From Candidatus Brocadiia bacterium (GTDB lineage: Bacteria; Planctomycetota; Brocadiia; CAIUPP01): a stretch of DNA of 64,000 nt. Both the position numbers and the translations under genes were made by a program. The first letter of the stretch is position 1; the number at the start of each line of letters is the position of its first letter. The notes below the pieces were generated by a model. That model did no database searches. It was not told the DNA's origin and saw only the letters and a program-made list of their open reading frames with translations. Below are positions 55,708 to 64,000 of the stretch, one piece after another. The DNA is taken from assembly GCA_050015075.1 (NCBI GenBank), contig JBEKCB010000006.1, positions 15,811-79,810 on the forward strand, written 5' to 3'.

Positions 55708-57216
55708 CTAGCGCACAAGCGGCTGGCAGGCGCCGACATCCCATGGGCCGGATTTGGGCCGAGGAAAGCCGCCCTTGTCAAGATCAAGCGCGGCGATGCC
55801 GGCGCCGGTGAGGTTTTCGCCGGCCCCGATGACCGCGGATTTCGACGTCGGGACGCCGGTCCTGAGGTCAACGCCCGGCTCGGCCGCCGGATTGATGGAA
55901 TGGAGATCGCTGTGGCATGCGGAGCGCCAGGTGTTGAGGTTCGAGGTGAATGTCTTTTCGTTCCAGACAAAGGCGTTATATACGCCGCCTTGGAAATAAC
56001 AGTTATTGTCGAAGTCCACGACGCCGGTGATTTTCTTGGCGGCGATAAAGGTGTCGCAGTGGATGGCGAGATTGTTCTTGAAGTGCGCGTTGACGAGGTT
56101 ATTGATGCCGTATCCGTTGCCGGTGCCGTTGCTGATGACGGTGTTGTTATACACTTCCGCGGTGCCCATGCCGACGTTCAGCCAGCCGGTGTACGACACC
56201 GAGTTGCCGATGAGCACGTTGTTGAAGATTTTGCTCGTGGCCGCGTTGTCCGACCACGGGCTGGTGCCGCTCTCGATGAAGATGTGGCCGGTGATGCTTT
56301 TGCCGGTATCGCCGTCGAAAAGGTTGTTGTAGATTTGCAGGTCGGTCGCGGCGGCAGGCGGCGTGGCGTAGGCATGGACGCCGTCATGGTGGTAGGCGTT
56401 CTTAAGCGTGTCCCAATTCGCATAATCATGGATGTGGTTGTTGTGGAACTTGATGCCGGAGGCCTTCACGGTTGTGCCCCACCCGCCGACGGTGAAGCCG
56501 TGGTCCGTGCGGGAAATATCGTTGTTGTAAACGTCAACGTCGGCATCCCCGTTTCCGTAAAAGAATTTAATGGCCCAGTGGACATCGTGGATGACGCTGT
56601 CGTGGATCTTGATGTGGCTGCCGCTGAAAAGGATCGCGCCGTCGCCATCCAGGTCGCGGGCGTCGTTGACGTCCGTGTGGACGTACAGATTGGCGATGTG
56701 GAGATTCTTGAACTCGCAGTGGTCGCAAGCCATCGCCTTGATCGCCACGGACGGGACGTGGAATTTCAATTGGGTGCCGTTGTCCGTGTTCTCGATGATT
56801 CCGTTCTTGCCGCCATCAATGATGACATAGCTCCGATTGGAAACATTCAGGCAGCCGTTGTTGGTATCGCTCGCCCCCATGCTGATTCTGGCGTCAGGTT
56901 CAAAGAGGATGGTCAGCGGCGCATCGGAGGCGCCGTTGCCCTGCGCGGTCAGTTGGGTCGAAATGGGGCCGCAGAGGTGAACGGTCGTTCCCGGGCCGAT
57001 CTGAGCAACCCCGGTTCCCCAATTCGCCGGCGCGTTGAAAAAGGAGACCGATTTTGCGTTGGCCGCCGACGAGCCGTCGCCCGCGCCTGCCGGCGACTCC
57101 GCGATGTAGATGTCCGCGTCGGCGGGCTTGCGGTCATCCGCCGCCAAGGCCGTGAGCGAGATTACCGAGCACAGGAACCCGGCGGCCGAAATCCGGAGGA
57201 CAGCAGCTATTGTCAT
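55708..57216 (-). CDS. secreted right-handed beta-helix (pectate-lyase-fold) protein
   Basis: 502 aa. Signal peptide MTIAAVLRISAAGFLCSVISLTALAA. Repeated rungs: IHDSVIHDV, VYNNDISR, FHNNHIHD, IYNNLFDG, IFNNVLIGN, VYNNTVISN, FKNNLAIH. Confidence 0.65.
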   Translation of the reverse strand: MTIAAVLRISAAGFLCSVISLTALAADDRKPADADIYIAESPAGAGDGSSAANAKSVSFFNAPANWGTGVAQIGPGTTVHLCGPISTQLTAQGNGASDAPLTILFEPDARISMGASDTNNGCLNVSNRSYVIIDGGKNGIIENTDNGTQLKFHVPSVAIKAMACDHCEFKNLHIANLYVHTDVNDARDLDGDGAILFSGSHIKIHDSVIHDVHWAIKFFYGNGDADVDVYNNDISRTDHGFTVGGWGTTVKASGIKFHNNHIHDYANWDTLKNAYHHDGVHAYATPPAAATDLQIYNNLFDGDTGKSITGHIFIESGTSPWSDNAATSKIFNNVLIGNSVSYTGWLNVGMGTAEVYNNTVISNGTGNGYGINNLVNAHFKNNLAIHCDTFIAAKKITGVVDFDNNCYFQGGVYNAFVWNEKTFTSNLNTWRSACHSDLHSINPAAEPGVDLRTGVPTSKSAVIGAGENLTGAGIAALDLDKGGFPRPKSGPWDVGACQPLVR

Positions 57217-57361
57217 TTCTCGTGTTCCATTTCCGTTAGGACTGCGGAGGACGGTCGGCCGCTAACCATCGGATTATACACCCGAGGCGCCGGCTGTCAA
57301 CAGTTTAAGTAATGCCTGCCGATCTTAAAAGGCGATCTACGGCAGGTGGGCGAGAAATTCC

Positions 57362-57390
57362 TTGACATAGGCGACTAGATATGTCAGAAT
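57362..57390 (+). promoter_or_regulatory. weak candidate promoter upstream of the radical SAM gene
   Basis: TTGACA (57362-57367), 17 nt, CAGAAT (57385-57390). Confidence 0.3.
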
Positions 57391-57529
57391 ACGGCGCCTA
57401 GCGTTGACCGTACTGCAAAGAGCAGTCACAGGGCGATTCCTGGTCGAGGCGTTTGGACAGGAGAGCGGCCGCCGATAAATCGGCCCTCCGGGAACGCCGG
57501 CGCCGGCGCAATGGGGAAAACCAAACTTC

Positions 57530-59104
57530 ATGCCCAGCCAATTCGGGTATTGCAATCAATGCAAAAAACTCTCGCCCGCGCGCTACGAGGAGCGCGGCAA
57601 CACCGTACTCCTGGTGAAGAACTGCGCGAACTGCGGACCGACCGAGACGATCGTTTCGACCGATACGGCGATCTGGCACGCCAAGCGGCAGATTGACCGC
57701 CTGAAGAGCGACGGCGGCTGCGCGCTGGACTGCAAGACTTGCGGCCACTCGCACCACCCCTGCGTGATTTTCATGGACCTCACCAACCGCTGCAACCAGG
57801 ACTGCCCGATCTGCATCGCCAACATCGCCGGCATGGGGTTCAAGTTCGAGCCGCCGTACGAGTACTTCGAGCAACTGCTCCAGTACCTCGCCGCGATGAC
57901 GCCGAAGCCCTCCGTCAAGCTTTTCGGCGGCGAGCCGACGCTGCACAAGGACCTCTTCCAGATCGTGACCCGCGCCCGCGGGATGGGACTCTCGACAAGC
58001 ATTGTCACCAACGGCGTGCGGCTGGCGGACGAGGCGTACTGCAAGGATCTCCTGGCCACCGGCGTGAAGATCGTCTTCTCATTCGACGGCCGAGACCCGA
58101 AGGTGTACGAGACGCTCCGCGGCGACGCGGGGGTCTATGACGTGAAGCTCAAGGCGCTGGAGAACATCCGCAAGCACCGGCGGTCCAAGGTCACGATCAT
58201 GTGCGTCGTCGCGCGGGGCCTCAACGACCACCTGATCGGGGACCTGCTTCAGTTCTGCCACGAGCGATCGGACTTCATCAACGCGTGCGATTTCATCCCG
58301 CTCTCGCGGACGTGGGTGCCCGGCACGGTCGCGGCGGACGGGGCCGACATCACCGCGATGGAGGACGTGGAGAAGGACGTCGCCGCAGCGATGCCCGGCG
58401 GCAAGCTGGAGTTCCTGCCCGCGGGGCTGACGCCGTTCAAGACGATCTCCAAGTACCTGCCGATCCCGCGGCTGACCTTCGCCGGGGCGCATCCCAACTG
58501 CGAGAGCATCGCCTTCCTCATCTCGAACGGAAAAGAGTATGTCCCGGTGTCGAACTACCTCAAGGGCCGGTCGCTGTACGAGGTGCTCGAGAAGTGGATC
58601 GCGCGGGACGAGGAACTCGGCCGCCGGATGGAGCGAACCGAGAAAGGGATCGCGGGTCGGCTGGGCTTGGCGCGCTTCATCGGGCGGGCGCGCAGCTTGA
58701 AGGAACTCGCCGGCGCGGTCCGCGAGAGCGCCGACACGCGGGCGATCTTCGGCAACCACGCCGCGTGGAAGACGCTCAAAATCGCGGTCGGCATTTTTCT
58801 CGGGCGCAAGCCCAAGGTCATGGTCCGCGCCAACACGCGGCTTCAGAAGGTCCTGCGCATCGCGATCCTGCCCTTCGAGGAGCCGCGCACGATGGACAGC
58901 AGCCACCTGCAGCGGTGCCCGGCGGGCTTCGCATACCTGGACCCGGCCACCGGCGAGCCGCGCACGATGCCGGTCTGCAGTTGGCCGCTCTACAAGAACG
59001 ACATCATGCGGCGGATCATGGAACGCTACCCGGCAGCGCGCGAAGAACAGGCCGCGCCGGGCCGGCCTGTCGCCACGGACAGCACTCTGCGCGTGCGTGC
59101 ATAA
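57530..59104 (+). CDS. radical SAM enzyme with N-terminal Cys4 ribbon and auxiliary Cys cluster (Tes/GDGT-MAS-like layout)
   Basis: 524 aa: GYCNQCKK...VKNCANCG (Cys4), GGCALDCKTCGHSHHPC (auxiliary cluster), DLTNRCNQDCPICIANIA (CX3CX2C), FGGEPTLH. Confidence 0.7.
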   Translation: MPSQFGYCNQCKKLSPARYEERGNTVLLVKNCANCGPTETIVSTDTAIWHAKRQIDRLKSDGGCALDCKTCGHSHHPCVIFMDLTNRCNQDCPICIANIAGMGFKFEPPYEYFEQLLQYLAAMTPKPSVKLFGGEPTLHKDLFQIVTRARGMGLSTSIVTNGVRLADEAYCKDLLATGVKIVFSFDGRDPKVYETLRGDAGVYDVKLKALENIRKHRRSKVTIMCVVARGLNDHLIGDLLQFCHERSDFINACDFIPLSRTWVPGTVAADGADITAMEDVEKDVAAAMPGGKLEFLPAGLTPFKTISKYLPIPRLTFAGAHPNCESIAFLISNGKEYVPVSNYLKGRSLYEVLEKWIARDEELGRRMERTEKGIAGRLGLARFIGRARSLKELAGAVRESADTRAIFGNHAAWKTLKIAVGIFLGRKPKVMVRANTRLQKVLRIAILPFEEPRTMDSSHLQRCPAGFAYLDPATGEPRTMPVCSWPLYKNDIMRRIMERYPAAREEQAAPGRPVATDSTLRVRA

Positions 59105-59154
59105 TGGGGCGCACGACGGAAGGCGAATGCGGGGCCGAAGTCTGAACTTATCCC

Positions 59155-60684
59155 TCAGCGAGCCGTGTCCGCCGGAGCGCCGGTCGCGGCGGGCATGGAT
59201 GTCGCCGCCGCAGGCGCCGATGGCGATTCGGGAGCGGCCGTCGTCGCCGGCGCGGATGTCCCTGCGGGCGTGGGTGCGGTTTGCCCTTCGCGCAACGCGC
59301 GGAGCCTGTCCTCCTGCCACACTTCCGTTTTCGGGTGCGCGCCCAGCCACGCGATCCAGAACATCGCCTCGGTCAGCACCGGATTGCCCTCGGCGTCTTT
59401 CGCGCTGAGAATGAGCGTGTCCGGGTTGAACTGCAGCGTGAGCTTGCGGTCGCCGACGGTGTCCTCAAACGGCCCCGGCTTTTCCCGCAGGAGCGCGGGC
59501 AGGTAGGCCTTGGCGGCTTTGCCCTGCGAATCGGTTATGCCGAAGACGCTCGCCTTGGGGAAAAACGGGTTCTTCTCCACGTCCAGGCCGTACACGGGAT
59601 GCGGAAGCACGGGGTTCTGCGGATTCAGATAGTCCGCCGGCACGGCCATGGTGCCGTCGTAGTTGAACGGCTGCGCCGGCTTCGTCCCGATGAGGACGGT
59701 GGTTTCCGGGTTGATGGTCTTCCACGTCTTCCACGTCACAAGCTCCGCCTGAAGCGGCCTGAGCCGGGAACCCGCGCGCTCCCCGGCGATGCAGAGCCGC
59801 AGCGTCGGCGACCAGAGAGAGAACTTCTCGACCTTCTTTCCATCCGCAGCCGCGCCGGTGTCCTTGCTGTACATCACGATGGCGCCCTGGTACACGAGGC
59901 CGGCCGAGCCGAACGTGAGTTGATCGCGGTACATGGCGCTCGGCGCGCTGGCCGCAGCGCTCCAGACCACGGCGATCGGCTCGCCGCCGACGGTATCGTT
60001 GATCACGTCATGATAGTTCATGAACTTGACCGGATAGGCGCGCGCTTCCGCGCCGACCTTGACGCCGATGACCGGCTGCCTGTCGGGCAGCGCGTCCATC
60101 GTCACCTCGGCCGCCGGCTTCAGGACCATCTCAAGATGCGGGTCCATTCCCAGCGGCGGGAACATATCCATGAAAAGAGCCTGGCTCTGGCTCGCCCCAT
60201 AGACCATTCGCCGCTGCAGCATCTCCGGCTTGACGCCTTCGGCCAATTTCGTGACATCGAACAGGGTTCCCGGAATCACCCTGTCGGGCTCCTGGGCGTT
60301 CCCTCTCCCGCCGGCCGGGACAGCGGGCATCGCCAGGAGGAACGTCCTGTCGCCCGCGCTGAACATTTCGCCCTGGATCTCCATCTCGTGCACGTGCAGC
60401 ATCCGGGCGTAGAGTTCCGTCGGCGACAGGTTCGGCATGGAAGGCTGGGGCCCTTCCCTGGATGCGGTTTCTTTCGACGGCACGGGCTCGGCCGACGGCT
60501 TGGAATACCATTTCTTGTTGGCATAGATCGCGATCAGAAAGAGCACCGCCATGCAGATCACGACGACGAGCCTCCAGTCGAGCTTCGGCTCGGCCGGCGG
60601 CGTCGGCGGCTGGGGCGATGCGGGCGGAGCGGAAGGCGCCGGCGACGGCTGCTCCGGGTCCTGCGGCGCGGGAGTTTCAGTCAT
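59155..60684 (-). CDS. DUF3179-like membrane-anchored protein with Pro-rich N-terminus
   Basis: 509 aa. A Pro/Ala-rich tail and one TM segment (WRLVVVICMAVLFLIAIY) are followed by PVIGVKVGAEARAYPVKFMNYHDVINDTVGGEPIAVVW (DUF3179-type core). Confidence 0.45.
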   Translation of the reverse strand: MTETPAPQDPEQPSPAPSAPPASPQPPTPPAEPKLDWRLVVVICMAVLFLIAIYANKKWYSKPSAEPVPSKETASREGPQPSMPNLSPTELYARMLHVHEMEIQGEMFSAGDRTFLLAMPAVPAGGRGNAQEPDRVIPGTLFDVTKLAEGVKPEMLQRRMVYGASQSQALFMDMFPPLGMDPHLEMVLKPAAEVTMDALPDRQPVIGVKVGAEARAYPVKFMNYHDVINDTVGGEPIAVVWSAAASAPSAMYRDQLTFGSAGLVYQGAIVMYSKDTGAAADGKKVEKFSLWSPTLRLCIAGERAGSRLRPLQAELVTWKTWKTINPETTVLIGTKPAQPFNYDGTMAVPADYLNPQNPVLPHPVYGLDVEKNPFFPKASVFGITDSQGKAAKAYLPALLREKPGPFEDTVGDRKLTLQFNPDTLILSAKDAEGNPVLTEAMFWIAWLGAHPKTEVWQEDRLRALREGQTAPTPAGTSAPATTAAPESPSAPAAATSMPAATGAPADTAR

Positions 60685-60698
60685 GGGGCTCCTTTCAA

Positions 60699-61325
60699 TT
60701 ACTCGATATTGGCGTGTCTCTTCGCGAGCTTCTGCGGGGTCAGGTGCAGGCGGTCCATGAGGACCAGGACGAGCGTGTCCATCAGCAGCAGCGTGGCCTG
60801 TTCGAACAGCGAACCGGGCGGCTGGCGCGTGGTTTTATGGCGATTGATTTCGCCCTTGGTCGGGGCCGGGACGACAACGACGATGTCGGCCATCGCGGCG
60901 ATGCGCGCCTCCGGATGCGCCGTGATCGTCGCCAGGCGCGCGCCCGCCTCCTTGGCGGCCGCCGCGACGTGGTATACGAAGCGCGTCTGACCCGTGCCGG
61001 AATTGACCAGGCACAGGTCATGGCGGGTGATGGGCGGCGTGGTGGTCTCGCCGACGAAATACGCGTCCATCCCCAGGTGCATCAGTCGCACGGCGAACGT
61101 CCGGCTGACGTGTCCGGTCCGCCCCTGGCCGTAGATGAAGATCCTGCGCGCGCGCAAAAGCGCCTGCGCGAGTTCGTCCACGCTCCGCACGTCCACTTCG
61201 TTCAGGACGGATTGCAGCTCGGAGATGATGCCCTGGAGTCTGCTTCTGAAGAGTCGGGTCAAAAGGGGAAATCTCCCGCGCAAAAGCCTGGAGAGCCGGC
61301 GCTCGTGAGAAATTGATCTTATCAC
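60699..61325 (-). CDS. SIS-domain protein, 6-phospho-3-hexuloisomerase-like (start uncertain; TTG 61262 with GGGAGA SD plausible)
   Basis: RIFIYGQGRTGHVSRTFAVRLMHLGMDAYFVGETTTPPI..DLCLVNSGTGQT...GARLATITAHP...PGSLFEQATLLLMD. Confidence 0.65.
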   Translation of the reverse strand: MIRSISHERRLSRLLRGRFPLLTRLFRSRLQGIISELQSVLNEVDVRSVDELAQALLRARRIFIYGQGRTGHVSRTFAVRLMHLGMDAYFVGETTTPPITRHDLCLVNSGTGQTRFVYHVAAAAKEAGARLATITAHPEARIAAMADIVVVVPAPTKGEINRHKTTRQPPGSLFEQATLLLMDTLVLVLMDRLHLTPQKLAKRHANIE

Positions 61326-61477
61326 GCAGGCAGAGGCCGCGTCAAGGAAGCGGACTGTCCGGCGCTTTGCGCTCCGCGTTTTCCGATGGGCGTTCTATAC
61401 CTGCTTTCTCGCGCGTGGTAGAATGCGGCTGATCTGGCGCCTCATTGCATGCCGTCGCCATTCATGGAGGATCGCCC

Positions 61478-62275
61478 GTGGCCGGAAAAATCATTGACAT
61501 GCACCAGCATTTGATCAATGCCAACACCCCCGACGCGCTGGCGGAGACGTACGGCCGCCTCGGCGTCGAAAAGGCGTTGCTCGTGGGCGTGCCGCCCACG
61601 CAGATTCCGGGCGATAACGAGGCGGTGCTCGCGGCGACCCGAAAGTACCCGAAACTGTTCCTGGGCCTCGTCGGCTTCGACCTGGACACGATGTCGCCCG
61701 CGGAGCTTCCGCGCTTTCACGACGAGGGGTTCATCGGCGTCAAGTTCATCGGCCCGGCGAAGGCGTACAACGATCCGTCGTATTTCCCGGTTTACGAGAA
61801 GGCGGCGGAGCTGCGGATGATCACGCTCTTTCACCTCGGGATCGTGGCGAACAGCGGGCCCTGGCGCGGTTGCGACAGCAACCTGATGCGGCCGATCCAC
61901 CTGGACTACATCGCGCGGAAAATCCCGGAGTTGACGGTCATCGGCGCGCACCTGGGCAACCCGTGGTCCGACGAGGCCGCGATGTCCTGCCGATGGAACC
62001 CGAACCTGTTCTTCGATCTGTCCGGATCGCTGCTGAAGTACCGCTCGCCGCAGTACCTCGCCGAACTGCTCTGGTGGACGCCGACCAGCGCGTACAAGAG
62101 CCCGGACCGCACCGACGCCTGGCAGAAGATTCTTTTCGGGAGCGACGTGCCGACGGACAGTATCGCCGACGTCATCAAGGACTACGAAAAACTGATGGAC
62201 GGGATCAACATGCGCCCCGAATTGCGCGAAGCGGTCTGGTACGGGACGGCCGCGAAGCTGCTCGGGCTGAAGTGA
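61478..62275 (+). CDS. amidohydrolase-2 family metal-dependent hydrolase
   Basis: GTG 61478 with a GGAGGA SD. VAGKIIDMHQHLI (HxH), ...TLFHLG..., IGAHLGNPW, LFGSDVP (Asp). Confidence 0.6.
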   Translation: MAGKIIDMHQHLINANTPDALAETYGRLGVEKALLVGVPPTQIPGDNEAVLAATRKYPKLFLGLVGFDLDTMSPAELPRFHDEGFIGVKFIGPAKAYNDPSYFPVYEKAAELRMITLFHLGIVANSGPWRGCDSNLMRPIHLDYIARKIPELTVIGAHLGNPWSDEAAMSCRWNPNLFFDLSGSLLKYRSPQYLAELLWWTPTSAYKSPDRTDAWQKILFGSDVPTDSIADVIKDYEKLMDGINMRPELREAVWYGTAAKLLGLK

Positions 62276-62313
62276 GCGGCGTTTGCGTTGCCCCCGACGG
62301 CCGCGGGCGTCCG

Positions 62314-63081
62314 CTACGGAGCGCCCTTGTCCGCGTCCTTCTTCATGCTTTCTCTGCGGGCGACGAGGTTCGCGGAAACCTCGGCCCCGTCCAGTAACAC
62401 GCGGCCCATGGGATCCCGCACCGGTGCGACAGAAATCCCGATCGCATTCAGCTCCGTCTCCAACTTGCCCGATTGCGCCTGCAAGTCATCCGCCAGCAGG
62501 CCCAACTCGTTTTTTTCGGAAGGCTCCAGGGGCGTATTCAACTGCCAGGGGTCGTCGCCGCCGGCCTTCTCTGCGGACTGGGTTGCCTTCTCCTCCTCGT
62601 CAAGCACTTCCCTTCGAAGCGCATATTCAAAGTCGGTCACCGGCTCATAACTGTTGATCTTCATCAGCACTTCGCGCGCTCGGAGGCGCCGCTCCGTGAC
62701 GCGCAACTCCCGGTATCGTCTGACCATCTCCTCCAATTTGCCGATCTCGATGAGCTGCGCGTCCAGCCGCGCTTGTTGCCCCGTCGTCAGCGTGGGACCG
62801 TTGCCTTCTTCAGCGGTGCCCAGCGTGCCGCGTCTTCTCAGCGTGATCGCAACGCAGATGGCGCAGAGCAATATGATCCCCACCAGGACGAGCCAGACCG
62901 CTTTGCCGGATCGGGGCCGCTCTTGAGGCTCGGGGAGCGGAGGAGGCGGAGAAATTTCGTGCGGCGGAAGTGGAACTCTTATCGCGCCGCCGCAGATCGG
63001 ACATCGCCCATGCCTGCCCGCTTTGCTTCCGGGCACTCTGAGCATCGTCTCGCACCGCGGGCATTTGAGCTCGATCATCAT
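62314..63081 (-). CDS. hypothetical zinc-ribbon / single-TM / coiled-coil protein
   Basis: MMIELKCPRCETMLRVPGSKAGRHGRCPICGG is followed by a Pro-rich linker, a TM segment VWLVLVGIILLCAICVAI and a charged helical C-terminus. Confidence 0.45.
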   Translation of the reverse strand: MMIELKCPRCETMLRVPGSKAGRHGRCPICGGAIRVPLPPHEISPPPPLPEPQERPRSGKAVWLVLVGIILLCAICVAITLRRRGTLGTAEEGNGPTLTTGQQARLDAQLIEIGKLEEMVRRYRELRVTERRLRAREVLMKINSYEPVTDFEYALRREVLDEEEKATQSAEKAGGDDPWQLNTPLEPSEKNELGLLADDLQAQSGKLETELNAIGISVAPVRDPMGRVLLDGAEVSANLVARRESMKKDADKGAP

Positions 63082-63480
63082 CGGCGTTCATATCTCGCAG
63101 GACGCCGACAACTCTATCATGGACCCGGCGGTTGTGCAAGAACATAGCGGACGGATTCGTCGTTTCTCCGCGCCGCGACCCCGCACGCGCCTGCTTCAGA
63201 ATCTGTGTCAGCAAACGCCACATCTCGGCGCCCTCTGTAGCAAGTTGAGCCGAGTGACCCCGTTACTGATGCGCTCTATCGGCCGCTCCCTCGATTGCGC
63301 ATCCCGATAAAAACGAGCGTTACTCACGCTCTGCCAAGCACTTATCCGCACGGGCCGTTGGACGTCACTGGCGCCTGCGCCTGAATTCATCGCGTCGGCA
63401 CAAAGATTGCTCTATTCGACCAAAGTTGCCTGGCGAGGTGGACAATCTATCAGCTAATTTATGCGAGGAGCGTTCCGACG

Positions 63481-64000
63481 ATGAGTTCGAATGCGCTGGA
63501 CATCGTTCGCCTGGAGCCCGTTGAAGTCGTCAACATAGAGCAGCATCTGCCTCCCGCCGAACCATCCCTCAAGAGACGCTTGACGGAGCGGTTCTCCGTG
63601 CCCGGCGCGCTGGTGATCTGCCGTCACCGGACCATCTTCGGAACATGGAAGGCATGCAGGACGCCGTTCCACGTCTATAATCTCGGCATGGGCGGACTGA
63701 ACTATTGGAACCTGGGCAAGACTCCCAAGCCGGGCGGGAAGATCAAGCTGACTCTCCTCGTGCCCAACGTGATTCCCATAAACGTAGTCAGCGTCGTGGT
63801 CTGGAGCAAGGCCATGCCGCGTTCCGACGATGGCGGCGGAGCGCAACGGTACAGCCACATCACCGGCGTCAAGTTCGTGGATTACGATGCCGAAGCGTGG
63901 GCGGTGCTGCGCAAGATTCACGAGATTGTCGCCGCCGAGTTGAAGAGCGCCCCGCCGCCGGCGCTTGCCCCGTCACAGAACCAGTCTGAAAACCCCACGG
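63481..64000 (+). CDS. PilZ-domain-like protein; 3' end runs off the right edge
   Basis: Not in the track because it has no in-window stop. My translation from ATG 63481 (GAGGAG SD) reads MSSNALDIVRLEPVEVVNIEQHLPPAEPSLKRRLTERFSVPGALVICRHR...FHVYNLGMGGLNYWNLG...ITGVKFVDYD.... It has an RxxxR motif (RRLTER) and an N-x-(S/G)-x-x-G-like motif. Confidence 0.5.
   Translation, partial: MSSNALDIVRLEPVEVVNIEQHLPPAEPSLKRRLTERFSVPGALVICRHRTIFGTWKACRTPFHVYNLGMGGLNYWNLGKTPKPGGKIKLTLLVPNVIPINVVSVVVWSKAMPRSDDGGGAQRYSHITGVKFVDYDAEAWAVLRKIHEIVAAELKSAPPPALAPSQNQSENPT

Overview
This is a 64 kb, visibly high-GC chromosomal segment. Its gene content points to a PVC-superphylum-type bacterium (Verrucomicrobia, Kiritimatiellae, Lentisphaerae or Planctomycetes): a prepilin-leader H-X9-DG (DUF1559-like) protein, a PEP-CTERM protein, many secreted beta-helix and glycan-active proteins, and long Arg/Ala/Gly-rich shadow ORFs antisense to most real genes. 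All calls rest on reading the sequence and recognising motifs. No searches were run.

Main blocks:
- (1) A sugar aminotransferase and hydrolase cluster.
- (2) A four-gene, stop/start-overlapping phosphorelay operon. It ends in a REC-HK-REC-nicotinamidase fusion followed by pncB.
- (3) tmRNA (ssrA) with its promoter and terminator, next to mazEF.
- (4) Two paralogous beta-helix genes with conserved promoters, plus vapBC.
- (5) uvrA, ribF and a PpiD-like chaperone.
- (6) A cobalamin riboswitch heading an operon of pseudopilin-like gene, cobC, cobU, cobT, cobS and btuFCD.
- (7) A COG0701 permease/TIGR03943 pair and glycosyltransferases.
- (8) An AT-richer islet carrying orphan antitoxin-like genes and a large NPPY methyltransferase (MmeI/Type-ISP-like) translationally coupled to a TIR-domain gene. 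This is the best candidate for an undescribed defence system.
- (9) Housekeeping and accessory genes, including tilS, an aminotransferase, a nucleoside hydrolase, a Tes-like radical SAM enzyme, a DUF3179 protein, a SIS isomerase and a PilZ protein.

Several repeat families occur: MITE-like inverted repeats, hairpin repeats and three tandem arrays. I found no rRNA, tRNA, CRISPR array, integrase or transposase.
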